A stretch of DNA of 64,000 bases from an uncultured Alphaproteobacteria bacterium (GCA_963777475.1 CAVZQX010000078.1:23006-87005); one strand, 5' to 3'; shown: positions 50,119 to 59,077, counted from the first letter of the stretch. Program-made: numbers and translations. The notes: generated by a model not told the origin, from the letters alone.

Positions 50119-50496
50119 GTGATCAACTATCTGCTGGTTTTCTTCGGCGGCGGGCTCGGTGCCTCGCTTCGCCACACCGTCAACATCGCTTGCGCGAAAG
50201 CCTTCGGCACGGCTTTTCCCTATGGCACCTTCGTCATCAACATCACGGGCTCGACCGTGATGGGCCTGATCGCGGGCTATCTCGCGTTCAGGGGAGAGGC
50301 CACACAGCATTGGCGGCTGTTCCTGATGACCGGCATTCTGGGCGGCTACACCACCTTTTCCGCGTTCTCGCTCAATTCGGCGCTGCTCTATGAGCGCGGC
50401 GCGCTCGGGATTGCCGCCTTTTACGTGCTGGGGTCGGTGGGCTTTTCCATCGCGGGACTGTTCGCTGGCCTGGCGCTGGTTCGCTATCTGACCTGA
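50119..50496 (+). CDS. crcB: Fluoride channel CrcB/FEX
   Basis: 125 aa from GTG, with GGGLGASLRH, GTFVINITGS and GGYTTFSAFS motifs. Confidence 0.85.
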   Translation: MINYLLVFFGGGLGASLRHTVNIACAKAFGTAFPYGTFVINITGSTVMGLIAGYLAFRGEATQHWRLFLMTGILGGYTTFSAFSLNSALLYERGALGIAAFYVLGSVGFSIAGLFAGLALVRYLT

Positions 50497-50712
50497 GACG
50501 CGATCGCGCATAGGCCTTTATTGCGAGCGCATGGGTCTTGCTGCCATTCCCTTTGCATCGCCCCAGCGCCGAGACTAATCAGGTTGGGTTACCCACCACG
50601 CATCAGACCCATTGCCTTGTCAGAGCTTCCCTTAAACGACCCGGCGCAGGCGTCCGACGCCGCGGAAGACGAACCGCGTCCCGGCCACGTCCGCAAGCCC
50701 GTCGGCTGGTCA

Positions 50713-51222
50713 ATGATCACCATCGGCGTGCTAGTTGCGGTCAGCGCCACCCTGGTGTGGCGGCGCGACGGTGTTGGCGGCGTGCTCGAAATCCTGACCC
50801 ACGATCTCTGGCTGTTCGGCGGCATCCTGCCGCGCGTGCTCGCCGGCTGCCTGTTGGGGGCGTTCATCTCGGAAATCCTGCCGCATGAGAAAGTGTCGCG
50901 ATCGCTGGGGCCGGCCTCGGGGCTCAAGGGCCTGCTGATCGGCGCCGCGTTCGGCGCGATCCTGCCCGGCGGTCCGTTCACTGCCTATCCGGTGGCGAGC
51001 GCGCTGCTCGCGGTCGGCGCCGATTTCGGCGCCACCATCGCCATGGTCGTGAGCTGGACCCTGATCGGCTACGGCCGGGCGGTCGCCTGGGAATTGCCGA
51101 TCATGGGCACCGACTTCACGCTGTGGCGCATCGTGATCTCGCTGCCGCTGCCGGTGCTCGCCGGCGCCTTCGGCCGATTCGTCTATGTCCGGATGTATCC
51201 GGCAAAGCGCGAGGACGAATGA
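50713..51222 (+). CDS. Permease half (DUF318/ArsP-like), part 1
   Basis: Hydrophobic ORF. GAILPGGPFTAYPVASALL resembles the permease family with GGP loops. The start is uncertain (ORF opens at 50521). Confidence 0.55.
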   Translation: MITIGVLVAVSATLVWRRDGVGGVLEILTHDLWLFGGILPRVLAGCLLGAFISEILPHEKVSRSLGPASGLKGLLIGAAFGAILPGGPFTAYPVASALLAVGADFGATIAMVVSWTLIGYGRAVAWELPIMGTDFTLWRIVISLPLPVLAGAFGRFVYVRMYPAKREDE

Positions 51223-51719
51223 GCGCGGCGCTGTTGATCGATATCATCCTGTGGGGGTCGGTCGCGGCCGTCGCCTTCATCGCCTATCAGCGTGGCCCAA
51301 AGGTGCTGACCACGTCGCTGCGCGAAGGCACCATGGACTTCATCAAAATCGTGCCGCGAATCGCGTTGGGCGTGATCGGCTCGGGCTATATCGCCGCCGT
51401 CATTCCGCAGGAGATCATCACCGGGTGGCTCGGGCCGGACAGCGGCTGGCTCGGGGTCGCGACCGCGGTGATCGCGGGGGCGGCGACGCCGGGCGGGCCG
51501 GTGGTCGGCTTTTCCATCGGCGCGGTGGCACTGAAGGCCGGCGGCGGCCCGCCGCAGGTGATCGCCTACGTGATCGCCTGGGCGCTGTTTGCCTTCCAGC
51601 GGCTATTGTTGTGGGAAATCCCCTTCATGCCGGCCCGTTTCGTCTGGTTTCGGGCCGCCGTGTCGGTCCCATTCCCGTTCATGGCTGCCGCCATCGCCAT
51701 GGCGATCGGCAAGCCGTAG
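51219..51719 (+). CDS. Permease half (DUF318/ArsP-like), part 2
   Basis: Its ATG overlaps the stop of part 1 (ATGA). It is hydrophobic, with an ATPGGPVVGFSIGAV loop analogous to part 1. Confidence 0.6.
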   Translation: MSAALLIDIILWGSVAAVAFIAYQRGPKVLTTSLREGTMDFIKIVPRIALGVIGSGYIAAVIPQEIITGWLGPDSGWLGVATAVIAGAATPGGPVVGFSIGAVALKAGGGPPQVIAYVIAWALFAFQRLLLWEIPFMPARFVWFRAAVSVPFPFMAAAIAMAIGKP

Positions 51720-51764
51720 GGTCCTTAAACCACTGTTGAAACTTGGCCCGCCGTGGACATGTGT

Positions 51765-51783
51765 AATGTTATAATATAACATT
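51765..51783. promoter_or_regulatory. Zur box
   Basis: Perfect 9-1-9 palindrome AATGTTATAATATAACATT in an AT-rich island, 6 nt upstream of ATG 51789. It matches the proteobacterial Zur consensus core ATGTTATA-N-TATAACAT. Confidence 0.75.
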
Positions 51784-51788
51784 TGCGG

Positions 51789-51983
51789 ATGGTTCCATCG
51801 ACTCCCCACAACCACCCGCACGATCATAGCCATGTCCACGGGCACTCGCATGCGCCGGCTTCGCCGCATCCGGCGCAGGCCGCGCCATGGTCGATCCTGC
51901 GCATGACCGTTGCCGCGCGGCTTGCGGCTGCGGTCGCGGTCAGTGCTGGGCTGTGGGCCGTGGTGTGGCTGGCGATGCGGTGA
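51789..51983 (+). CDS. His-rich micro-membrane protein (64 aa), first gene of the Zur-box operon
   Basis: MVPSTPHNHPHDHSHVHGHSHAPASPH... is followed by one hydrophobic helix (LAAAVAVSAGLWAVVWLAM). GC3 is high, and its TGA lies 1 nt before the ATPase ATG. Confidence 0.6.
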   Translation: MVPSTPHNHPHDHSHVHGHSHAPASPHPAQAAPWSILRMTVAARLAAAVAVSAGLWAVVWLAMR

Positions 51984-51984
51984 G

Positions 51985-52749
51985 ATGAACATGCTTCCGA
52001 AACTTCAATTCCGCGACGTCACGCTCGGCTACGACCGGCACCCGGCGGTGCATCATCTTTCCGGCGACGTCGCCTCCGGTGCGCTGCTTGCGGTCATCGG
52101 CCCGAACGGCGCCGGCAAATCGACGCTGTTCCGAGGGCTGGTCGGCATCCTCAAGCCGCTCGGCGGATCGATCGAACTGGGCGGCCTCGATGTCCGCGAC
52201 ATCGCCTATCTGCCGCAGAGCGCCGATATCGACCGGAGTTTTCCGATCTCAGTATTCGACTTCGTCAGCACCGGGCTCTGGCGTATGACCGGCCTCCTCG
52301 GCGGCATCGGCAAGGGCGCGCGGGAAAAAATCGGCCACGCGCTCGCCGCCGTCGGCCTCACCGGCTTCGAGAACCGCAACATCGGCACGCTGTCCGGCGG
52401 CCAGATGCAGCGCCTGCTGTTTGCGCGGGTGCTGCTGCAGGATGCGCGGCTGATCGTGCTCGACGAGCCCTTCAACGCCATCGACGCCAAGACCTCGGCC
52501 GACCTGATGGCGCTGGTCGAGCGCTGGCACGCTGAGGGCCGCACGGTGCTGGCGGCGCTGCACGACATGGATCTGGTGCGCTCGCATTTCCCGGAAACCC
52601 TGATGCTGGCGCGCGAGCCGGTGGCGTGGGGTGCGACCTCCGAGGTGCTGACCGCGGAAAACCTCAAGGAGGCGCGGCGGATGTGCGAAGCCTTCGACGA
52701 GGGTGCCGCCGCTTGCGCCGCCGATGCGATACGGTCGCGGGCAGCCTGA
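51985..52749 (+). CDS. Metal (Zn/Mn-type) ABC transporter ATP-binding protein (ZnuC/AztA-like)
   Basis: Walker A GPNGAGKST, signature LSGGQMQR and Walker B LIVLDEP. Confidence 0.9.
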   Translation: MNMLPKLQFRDVTLGYDRHPAVHHLSGDVASGALLAVIGPNGAGKSTLFRGLVGILKPLGGSIELGGLDVRDIAYLPQSADIDRSFPISVFDFVSTGLWRMTGLLGGIGKGAREKIGHALAAVGLTGFENRNIGTLSGGQMQRLLFARVLLQDARLIVLDEPFNAIDAKTSADLMALVERWHAEGRTVLAALHDMDLVRSHFPETLMLAREPVAWGATSEVLTAENLKEARRMCEAFDEGAAACAADAIRSRAA

Positions 52750-52750
52750 G

Positions 52751-53617
52751 ATGATTTACGACGCGCTGATCGCGCCGTTCACCGAGTTCGAATTCATGCG
52801 CCGCGCGCTTGCCGCGGTGATCGCGCTCGCGCTCGGCGGCGCGCCGATCGGGGTGTTCCTGATGCTGCGGCGGATGAGCCTCGTTGGCGATGCGATGGCG
52901 CATGCGATCCTGCCGGGTGCGGCGATCGGCTTTCTGTTGTCCGGCCTCAATTTGTTCGCGATGACCACGGGCGGCCTGATCGCGGGCTTTACGGTTGCGA
53001 TCCTCGCCGGCCTCGTGACGCGAACCACCGGGCTGAAGGAGGACGCCTCGCTTGCGACCTTCTATCTCGCCTCGCTCGCGCTCGGCGTGACCATCGTCTC
53101 CATCAAGGGCACCAACATCGACCTCTTGCACGTGCTGTTCGGCAACATCCTCGCCATGGACGACCAGACGCTATTGGTGGTGGCATTCAACGCCACCATC
53201 TCCATGCTGGTATTGGCGGTGATCTATCGACCGCTCGTGGTGGAAAGCGTCGATCCGCTGTTCCTGCGCACGGTGAGCCGGTCCGGCGGACCGGCGCATC
53301 TCGCCTTTCTCGCGCTTGTCGTCATCAATCTCGTCAACGGCTTTCAGGCGCTCGGCACCTTGCTTGCGGTCGGTCTGATGATCCTGCCCGCCGGCATCGC
53401 GCGGTTCTGGTCGCGCGACATCACCGGCATGATCTCTATCGCGGTGGTGAGCGCGATCCTGTCGGGCTATGCCGGATTGGTGCTGTCGTTCCAGACCCGG
53501 GTGCCGTCCGGCCCCGCGATCATCCTGGTGGCGGCGATGCTCTATCTTACCTCCGTGCTGTTCGGCAATGGCGGCCTGGTCCGGCAGATGTTTCCCGGCC
53601 GCCATCTCGAAGCGTGA
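52751..53617 (+). CDS. Metal ABC transporter permease (ZnuB/AztB-like)
   Basis: 288 aa. FEFMRRALAAVIALALGGAPIGVFLMLRRMSLVGDAMAHAILPG is typical of ABC-3 family permeases. Confidence 0.9.
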   Translation: MIYDALIAPFTEFEFMRRALAAVIALALGGAPIGVFLMLRRMSLVGDAMAHAILPGAAIGFLLSGLNLFAMTTGGLIAGFTVAILAGLVTRTTGLKEDASLATFYLASLALGVTIVSIKGTNIDLLHVLFGNILAMDDQTLLVVAFNATISMLVLAVIYRPLVVESVDPLFLRTVSRSGGPAHLAFLALVVINLVNGFQALGTLLAVGLMILPAGIARFWSRDITGMISIAVVSAILSGYAGLVLSFQTRVPSGPAIILVAAMLYLTSVLFGNGGLVRQMFPGRHLEA

Positions 53618-54501
53618 CGCCGATGTGGCGCGCGCGACTTTGGCTGGTTGCTGTCGCGGTCGCCATCGCCGCGACGCCGTCGCGCGCGCAGGACCGCATC
53701 AACGTGGTCGCGAGCTTTTCGATCCTGGGCGATCTTGTCCGCAGTGTCGGGGGCGACCGCATCAACCTGACGACCCTGGTCGGTCCCAATGGCGACGTCC
53801 ACGTCTATACGCCGGCACCAGCGGACGCGAAGACAATCGCCGATGCGCGGCTCGTCATGATCAATGGCCTCGGCCTCGAAGGCTGGTTGCCGCGGCTGTT
53901 GCAATCCTCCGGCAGCAAGGCGCCGATCATCGCCGCGACCAAAGGCATCGCGCCGCTTCCGGCGGGCTCCGCTGCCGATCCGCATGCCTGGCAATCGGTT
54001 GCGAATGCAAAAATCTATGTCGCCAATATCCGCGACGCGCTGGTGCCGGCCGACCCCGCGGATGCCGGCTATTTCCAAGAGCGTACCGAGCGCTATCTGG
54101 CCGAGCTCGATGCCCTCGATGGAGAGGTGCGGGCAGCCATTGCGCAGATCCCGCCCGAGCGGCGCAAGGTGATCTCGACCCATGATGCTTTCGGTTATTT
54201 TGCGAAAGAATACGGCATCGAATTTATCGCGCCTTCAGGCGTTTCCACCGAGACCGAGCCGAGCGCCCGCGATGTCGCCGGCATCATCAGCCAGATCAAG
54301 GCGGACAAGATACCGGCGGTTTTTCTGGAAAATATCAGCGACGACCGGCTGATCCGCCGCATCGCGGAAGAGACCGGTGCAAAAGTCGGCGGTACCCTCT
54401 ATTCGGACAGCTTGACCGATGAAAAGGGGCCTGCCCCCACTTACATTGAGATGGTCAGGCACAATATAAAGGCCCTGAGCAGCGCGCTCGACCACCAGTA
54501 G
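53614..54501 (+). CDS. Metal ABC transporter substrate-binding protein (cluster 9, ZnuA/AztC/TroA-like)
   Basis: Signal peptide, then INVVASFSILGDLV, DVHVYTP, DPHAWQS and STHDAFGYF. GTGA overlap with the permease gene. No long His-rich loop. Confidence 0.9.
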   Translation: MTPMWRARLWLVAVAVAIAATPSRAQDRINVVASFSILGDLVRSVGGDRINLTTLVGPNGDVHVYTPAPADAKTIADARLVMINGLGLEGWLPRLLQSSGSKAPIIAATKGIAPLPAGSAADPHAWQSVANAKIYVANIRDALVPADPADAGYFQERTERYLAELDALDGEVRAAIAQIPPERRKVISTHDAFGYFAKEYGIEFIAPSGVSTETEPSARDVAGIISQIKADKIPAVFLENISDDRLIRRIAEETGAKVGGTLYSDSLTDEKGPAPTYIEMVRHNIKALSSALDHQ

Positions 54502-54534
54502 CAGGGGCCACCCCGCCGCCGGGATGCGCTGCAA

Positions 54535-54559
54535 AACCCCTTTTTCCGGGGTTGTTTTT
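54535..54559 (+). terminator. Intrinsic terminator after the metal-uptake operon
   Basis: AACCCC-TTTTTCC-GGGGTT hairpin followed by GTTTTTC. Confidence 0.65.
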
Positions 54560-54569
54560 CGGAGTTGTT

Positions 54570-55605
54570 ATGGCTGAAGCTTCCAAAATTCCGGTGACCG
54601 TGCTGACCGGCTATCTCGGCGCCGGCAAGACCACATTGTTGAACCGCATCCTGTCGGAAAACCACGGCAAGAAATACGCCGTCATCGTCAACGAATTCGG
54701 CGAGATCGGCATCGACAACGACCTCATCATCGGCGCCGACGAGGAAGTGTTCGAGATGAACAATGGCTGCGTCTGCTGCACCGTGCGCGGCGACCTCGTG
54801 CGCATCCTCGACGGGCTGATGAAGCGCAAGGGCAAGTTCGACGCCATCATCGTCGAGACCACCGGGCTCGCCGATCCGGCGCCGGTGGCGCAGACCTTCT
54901 TCGTCGACGAGGACGTGCAGAAGAACGCCCGCCTCGACGCGGTGGTGACGGTGGCCGACGCCAAATGGCTGAGCGATCGGCTGAAGGACGCGCCGGAGGC
55001 CAAGAACCAGATTGCGTTCGCCGACGTCATCGTGCTCAACAAGACCGACCTCGTCTCCAAGGCGGAGCTCGCCGAAGTCGAGGCGCGGATCCGCGGCATC
55101 AATCCTTACGCCAAGCTGCATCGCACTGAGCGCTGCAAGGTCGCACTGTCGGACGTACTGGAGCGCGGCGCGTTCGATCTCGACCGCATCCTCGACCTCG
55201 AGCCGGATTTCCTCGAAGCCGGCGACGAGCATGATCACGATCATCACCATCACGGCCATGACCACCATCCACGATCATGGCCACGGTCTGAAGCATTACC
55301 ATGACGAGGACATGCAGTCGCTGTCGCTGCGCAGCGATAAGCCGCTCGATGCCAACAGATTCATGCCGTGGCTGCAGAATCTCGTCGCCAGCGAGGGGCA
55401 GAAGATTCTGCGCTCCAAGGGCATTCTCGCCTTCTCCGACGACGACGACCGCTACGTCTTCCAGGGCGTGCACATGATGCTGGAGGGTGATCATCAGCGG
55501 AAATGGAAGGACGGCGAACCGCGCGAAAGCCGCCTCGTCTTCATTGGCCGCGAATTGCCGGAGCAGATCATCCGCGACGGTTTTGAAAGCTGCATCGTTT
55601 CGTGA
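54570..55605 (+). pseudogene. COG0523 (CobW/YeiR/ZigA-like) G3E GTPase with His-rich linker, one extra base near 55279 inside the His-codon run
   Basis: GYLGAGKTTLLN, CXCC (NGCVCCTV) and ETTGLADP motifs. After the linker DEHDHDHHHHGHDHH, the sequence continues in the +1 frame as HDHGHGLKHYHDED... through to the CobW C-terminal domain (ORF 55012..55605). Confidence 0.85.
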
Positions 55606-56633
55606 TGAGCGCCTTCGAACCCGGTCCCGAGCAAGCCGACCAAGCCTCAATTGCTTCCGTCACCGACCGGGTGCGCCCGGTCGCGCTCGGCGCGCCTGTG
55701 ACATCCGTGCATTTTCTCGTCGACCGCGCCGCCTTCGTCGGCGCCGAGGAAAGCGTGATTTTTGTGGACGCGCAGGGTGAGGTTGCAAAGGTCGCGGTGC
55801 ATAGCGGCGGCATTCTCTGCGCGGTCTGTGATGGCGAACGTCTCGTCATGGGCGGCGACGACGGCAAGCTCGCTGCGCTCGATGCCAAAGGCGAAGTCGC
55901 CCCGCTCGCGCTCGATGCAAAACGGCGCTGGATCGACAATGTCGCGCTGCATCCGGACGGCGCCTATGCCTGGTCGGTGGGCAAGACCGCCTTCGTCCGC
56001 AGCGCCAAGGGCGAAGAGAAGTCGTTCGAAGTACCCTCGACCGTCGGCGGGCTCGCCTTCGCGCCAAAGGGTTTTCGGCTTGCGATCGCTCATTATAACG
56101 GCGTGACGCTGTGGTTTCCCAACATGGCGGCGAATGCGGAAATTCTGGAATGGGCGGGCTCGCATCTCGGTGTCGTGTTCAGCCCCGACAACAAGTTCCT
56201 GGTCACCACGATGCACGAGCCGGCGCTGCACGGCTGGCGGCTTGCAGACTCGAGGCACATGCGCATGACCGGTTATCCCGGCCGCGTCAGATCGATGTCG
56301 TGGAGCGCGGGCGGAAAATTCCTGGCGACCTCGGGCGCCGACACCGTGATCATGTGGCCGTTCGCGAGCAAGGACGGCCCGATGGGCAAGGAGCCCGCGA
56401 TGCTGGCGCCGCTGCCGGCGCGCGTCAGCGTGGTCGCCTGCCATCCCAAGCAGGACATTCTCGCCGCCGGCTACAGCGACGGCACCATTTTGATGGTGCG
56501 GCTGGAAGACGGCGCTGAAATCCTGGTACGCCGCAGGGGCCCGGTGCCGGTTGCGGCATTGGCCTGGAACGCGAAGGGCACCTTGCTGGCGTTCGCCGAC
56601 GAGGAAGGCGACGCGGGGATGCTGGAGCTCTGA
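55602..56633 (+). CDS. WD40/beta-propeller repeat protein, no signal peptide
   Basis: 343-aa intact ORF whose ATG overlaps the GTPase stop (ATGA). It has repeated strand patterns (SWSAGGKFLATSGADTVIMW, LAAGYSDGTILMV, ALAWNAKGTLLAFAD). Confidence 0.8.
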   Translation: MMSAFEPGPEQADQASIASVTDRVRPVALGAPVTSVHFLVDRAAFVGAEESVIFVDAQGEVAKVAVHSGGILCAVCDGERLVMGGDDGKLAALDAKGEVAPLALDAKRRWIDNVALHPDGAYAWSVGKTAFVRSAKGEEKSFEVPSTVGGLAFAPKGFRLAIAHYNGVTLWFPNMAANAEILEWAGSHLGVVFSPDNKFLVTTMHEPALHGWRLADSRHMRMTGYPGRVRSMSWSAGGKFLATSGADTVIMWPFASKDGPMGKEPAMLAPLPARVSVVACHPKQDILAAGYSDGTILMVRLEDGAEILVRRRGPVPVAALAWNAKGTLLAFADEEGDAGMLEL

Positions 56634-56638
56634 CGGCC

Positions 56639-58552
56639 CTAGGGGATCCGAGGCCGAGCAATCCGGTCGACCAAAGCCTCTCGGACCCGTGCCACGACCT
56701 CCGCCCAATCGCGTGTCGCGGTTTGGCGGAACAGCCGTGCGGTGGGGTACCAGGGCGAATCGTCGCGATCGAGCAGCCATCGCCAATCGGGAATATAGGG
56801 CAGCAAGATCCACAGCGGCCGGCCGAGGCCGCCGGCGAGATGGACGACGCTGGTGTCCACCGAAATGACGAGGTCGAGCTGCTCGACGACGGCCGCGGTA
56901 GCGCTGAAATCGCGCAGCTCCGGACCAAGATCGAGGACGTCGCCTCTCTGCTGCAGCAGCTCCTCGTCCTCGGGGCGCGCGTTCTTCTGCAAGCTCACGA
57001 ACTCCGCCTCAACCCCATCAAGCAGCGGCAGCAGTTCCCTGAACGGCAGAGACCGGTTGCGGTCGTTGGAATGATTGGGATTGCCGGACCAGACGAGGCC
57101 GATCCGTGGGCGTTTGCTCGGGCCGAGCTGCGGGCCGGACGCTTCATTCACCCGCGGAAGATAAGGCACCTCCGATGGAATCGTATCGAGCGTGGTCGAA
57201 AAAGCGAGCGGCAGGCTCGTCAACGGGCAATGGAAATCGAAGGCGGGCAGTTGGGCGCCCTTGGTGAGGCAGAGCGAGATTCCAGGCAAGCTCGAAAACA
57301 GCTCTTTGAGGGGGGCGTCGATCTCGAGGATGATTTCCGCGCCGCGAGCTTTAAGCATTGGCAGATATCGGCAGAATTGCAGGGCATCGCCCAGGCCTTG
57401 GTCATTGTGAAGCAGCACAACCTTTCCGGAGATCGGCTCTGCTCCAAGCCACAGCGGCTTGTCAAACCAGCGATCTCTGAGATTTTGAGAAGGGCATTTC
57501 CAGCGCCATTCGTAATCGATCCATCCTCCCTGCAGATCGCCAAGGCGCAGCTTGTTGATCGCGTTGTTCAAGTGGGCCTCAGCGTAGCCAGGGTCTATCG
57601 CGATCGCGCGGTCGAAATAGCCCAGCGCTTGCCGCGGCCGATCGAGGTCGACGAGAACCGAGCCCAAGTTATTCAGGGCGGCGACGTAGCGGGGGTCGAT
57701 CTCCAGGGCCTTGCGAAAATTCTCGGTGGCCGTTTCCAGCTGCCCGGTCTTGTTGAGGGCGCACCCGAGATCGCTGTAGGCCTCGGCGAAGTCCGGCTTG
57801 AGCGACACCGCGCGCTCAAAATCCGCGATGGCTTCCGCGAATTTGCCGACGGCCAAGAACACAAGCCCCCGCTCGTGGAGCGCCTCGGGAATATCGCCCT
57901 TGAGCGCGATCGCAGCGTCAAGGCTTGAGAGCGCCTCGTCGAAGCGCTTCAAGTCCCGCATCAGCGCGCCGCGCAGAATCAGTGTCAGCAGATGTTGCGG
58001 ATGTAGCCGAAGCGCGTGGAGGAATTTGGTTTCGGCTTCTGCGTGACGGCCGAGCTTGTGCAGGACCATCCCGGCGGCGTTCACGGCCTCCACGTAATCC
58101 GGCTTGAGCGAGAACGCGCGCTCGTAATCCGCTAGTGCCTCCTCAAGCCTGTTCAACCTGACGAGTACGTTGGCGCGGCTGTACAAGACGGCAGGCAAGT
58201 TGCTCCTCAAGTTCAACGCGCTTGTATAGCTCTCAATCGCTTCTTGAAGCTGGCCCAAGTTCGAGTAGCCGGCGCCCAGATGGGCGTGATAATCGGGATT
58301 GCTTCGGTTGTGGCGTATCGCCTGTCTGATGAGTTCGACGCCGGCCTTATCTCTTTGCGTTGCAATGGCAACGAAGCCAAGCAAGTGCAGTGCGTCGGGA
58401 TGGGCCGGGAGTTTTTCCAGGAGGTGTCGAAAACAGGCTTCGGCATCCGCCATGCGCCCGGCCTGGAGATGAGCGATCCCCAATTCCAGGTGCGAAGCAA
58501 CCGAAGCACCGGCGTTCGATTTGGCGCCAGCGCGACGTTGCTGCCTGTTCAT
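56639..58552 (-). CDS. TPR-repeat protein with C-terminal glycosyltransferase family 9-like domain
   Basis: 637-aa intact ORF with about 10 TPR units (A..Y...L...P....A...LG). The C-terminal GLGDALQFCRYLPMLKARGA resembles heptosyltransferase-type folds. Confidence 0.8.
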   Translation of the reverse strand: MNRQQRRAGAKSNAGASVASHLELGIAHLQAGRMADAEACFRHLLEKLPAHPDALHLLGFVAIATQRDKAGVELIRQAIRHNRSNPDYHAHLGAGYSNLGQLQEAIESYTSALNLRSNLPAVLYSRANVLVRLNRLEEALADYERAFSLKPDYVEAVNAAGMVLHKLGRHAEAETKFLHALRLHPQHLLTLILRGALMRDLKRFDEALSSLDAAIALKGDIPEALHERGLVFLAVGKFAEAIADFERAVSLKPDFAEAYSDLGCALNKTGQLETATENFRKALEIDPRYVAALNNLGSVLVDLDRPRQALGYFDRAIAIDPGYAEAHLNNAINKLRLGDLQGGWIDYEWRWKCPSQNLRDRWFDKPLWLGAEPISGKVVLLHNDQGLGDALQFCRYLPMLKARGAEIILEIDAPLKELFSSLPGISLCLTKGAQLPAFDFHCPLTSLPLAFSTTLDTIPSEVPYLPRVNEASGPQLGPSKRPRIGLVWSGNPNHSNDRNRSLPFRELLPLLDGVEAEFVSLQKNARPEDEELLQQRGDVLDLGPELRDFSATAAVVEQLDLVISVDTSVVHLAGGLGRPLWILLPYIPDWRWLLDRDDSPWYPTARLFRQTATRDWAEVVARVREALVDRIARPRIP

Positions 58553-58726
58553 TTTGGGAGATCGTTCCAGAGAACGTAGATTCTAGGAAAAACTAAGTGA
58601 TTCGGCTACGGACGACAAGCACGGCCAGCCCCACGTTGCCGGCTTGTGCTCCGAACGCGAGGTTGGTCCGTTTACTCCCGGGGAACAATGCGCTTCCACA
58701 GCCGTTGAACCCACCAACAAGTCGCG

Positions 58727-59077
58727 GTGACCACGATGTCGGCGAACGACAGCAAACGCACGCTTGGCAAGGACCTGCTTCTCGCATCCGCCATGGTGAT
58801 GGCGGGGTTGGCGATATCGGGCCTTGCGCTGACAAAGCTTCGCGCCGCCCACGACCCGCACTTGGCGCAGGACTTGGCGCAGGCGACGCAGCCGTTGCAA
58901 TCATCTCCCCCTTCAGATCAGGACAAGCCGGCCGAGTCGAAACCCGGTGGCACCCGTCCGACCACGCCGGCGCCCGAGCCTGCCCGTTCCGATTCGCAGG
59001 CCGAGCAGCAAGGCGCCAAGGCGGCGTTGCCGCCGGCGCCAGCCGAGAAAGTCGGTCCGCCGATCAAGGATCGATGA
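58727..59077 (+). CDS. Hypothetical membrane-anchored Pro/Ala-rich protein
   Basis: One TM helix (LLLASAMVMAGLAISGLAL) followed by a low-complexity Pro-rich tail. GTG 58727 or ATG 58736. Confidence 0.4.
   Translation: MTTMSANDSKRTLGKDLLLASAMVMAGLAISGLALTKLRAAHDPHLAQDLAQATQPLQSSPPSDQDKPAESKPGGTRPTTPAPEPARSDSQAEQQGAKAALPPAPAEKVGPPIKDR

Noticed and set aside
55240-55300. Programmed frameshift or phase variation in the His-codon run of the COG0523 gene
   Set aside because: - The lesion has the same single-base-insertion character as about 15 others in unrelated sequence contexts.
- A generic technical or mutational cause is therefore more parsimonious than a programmed event.
55602-56633. WD40 protein as an AztD-type periplasmic zinc chaperone
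   Set aside because: - AztD-like chaperones are exported.
- This ORF starts MMSAFEPGPEQADQASIAS, with no signal peptide or hydrophobic N-terminus, so a periplasmic role is unlikely.
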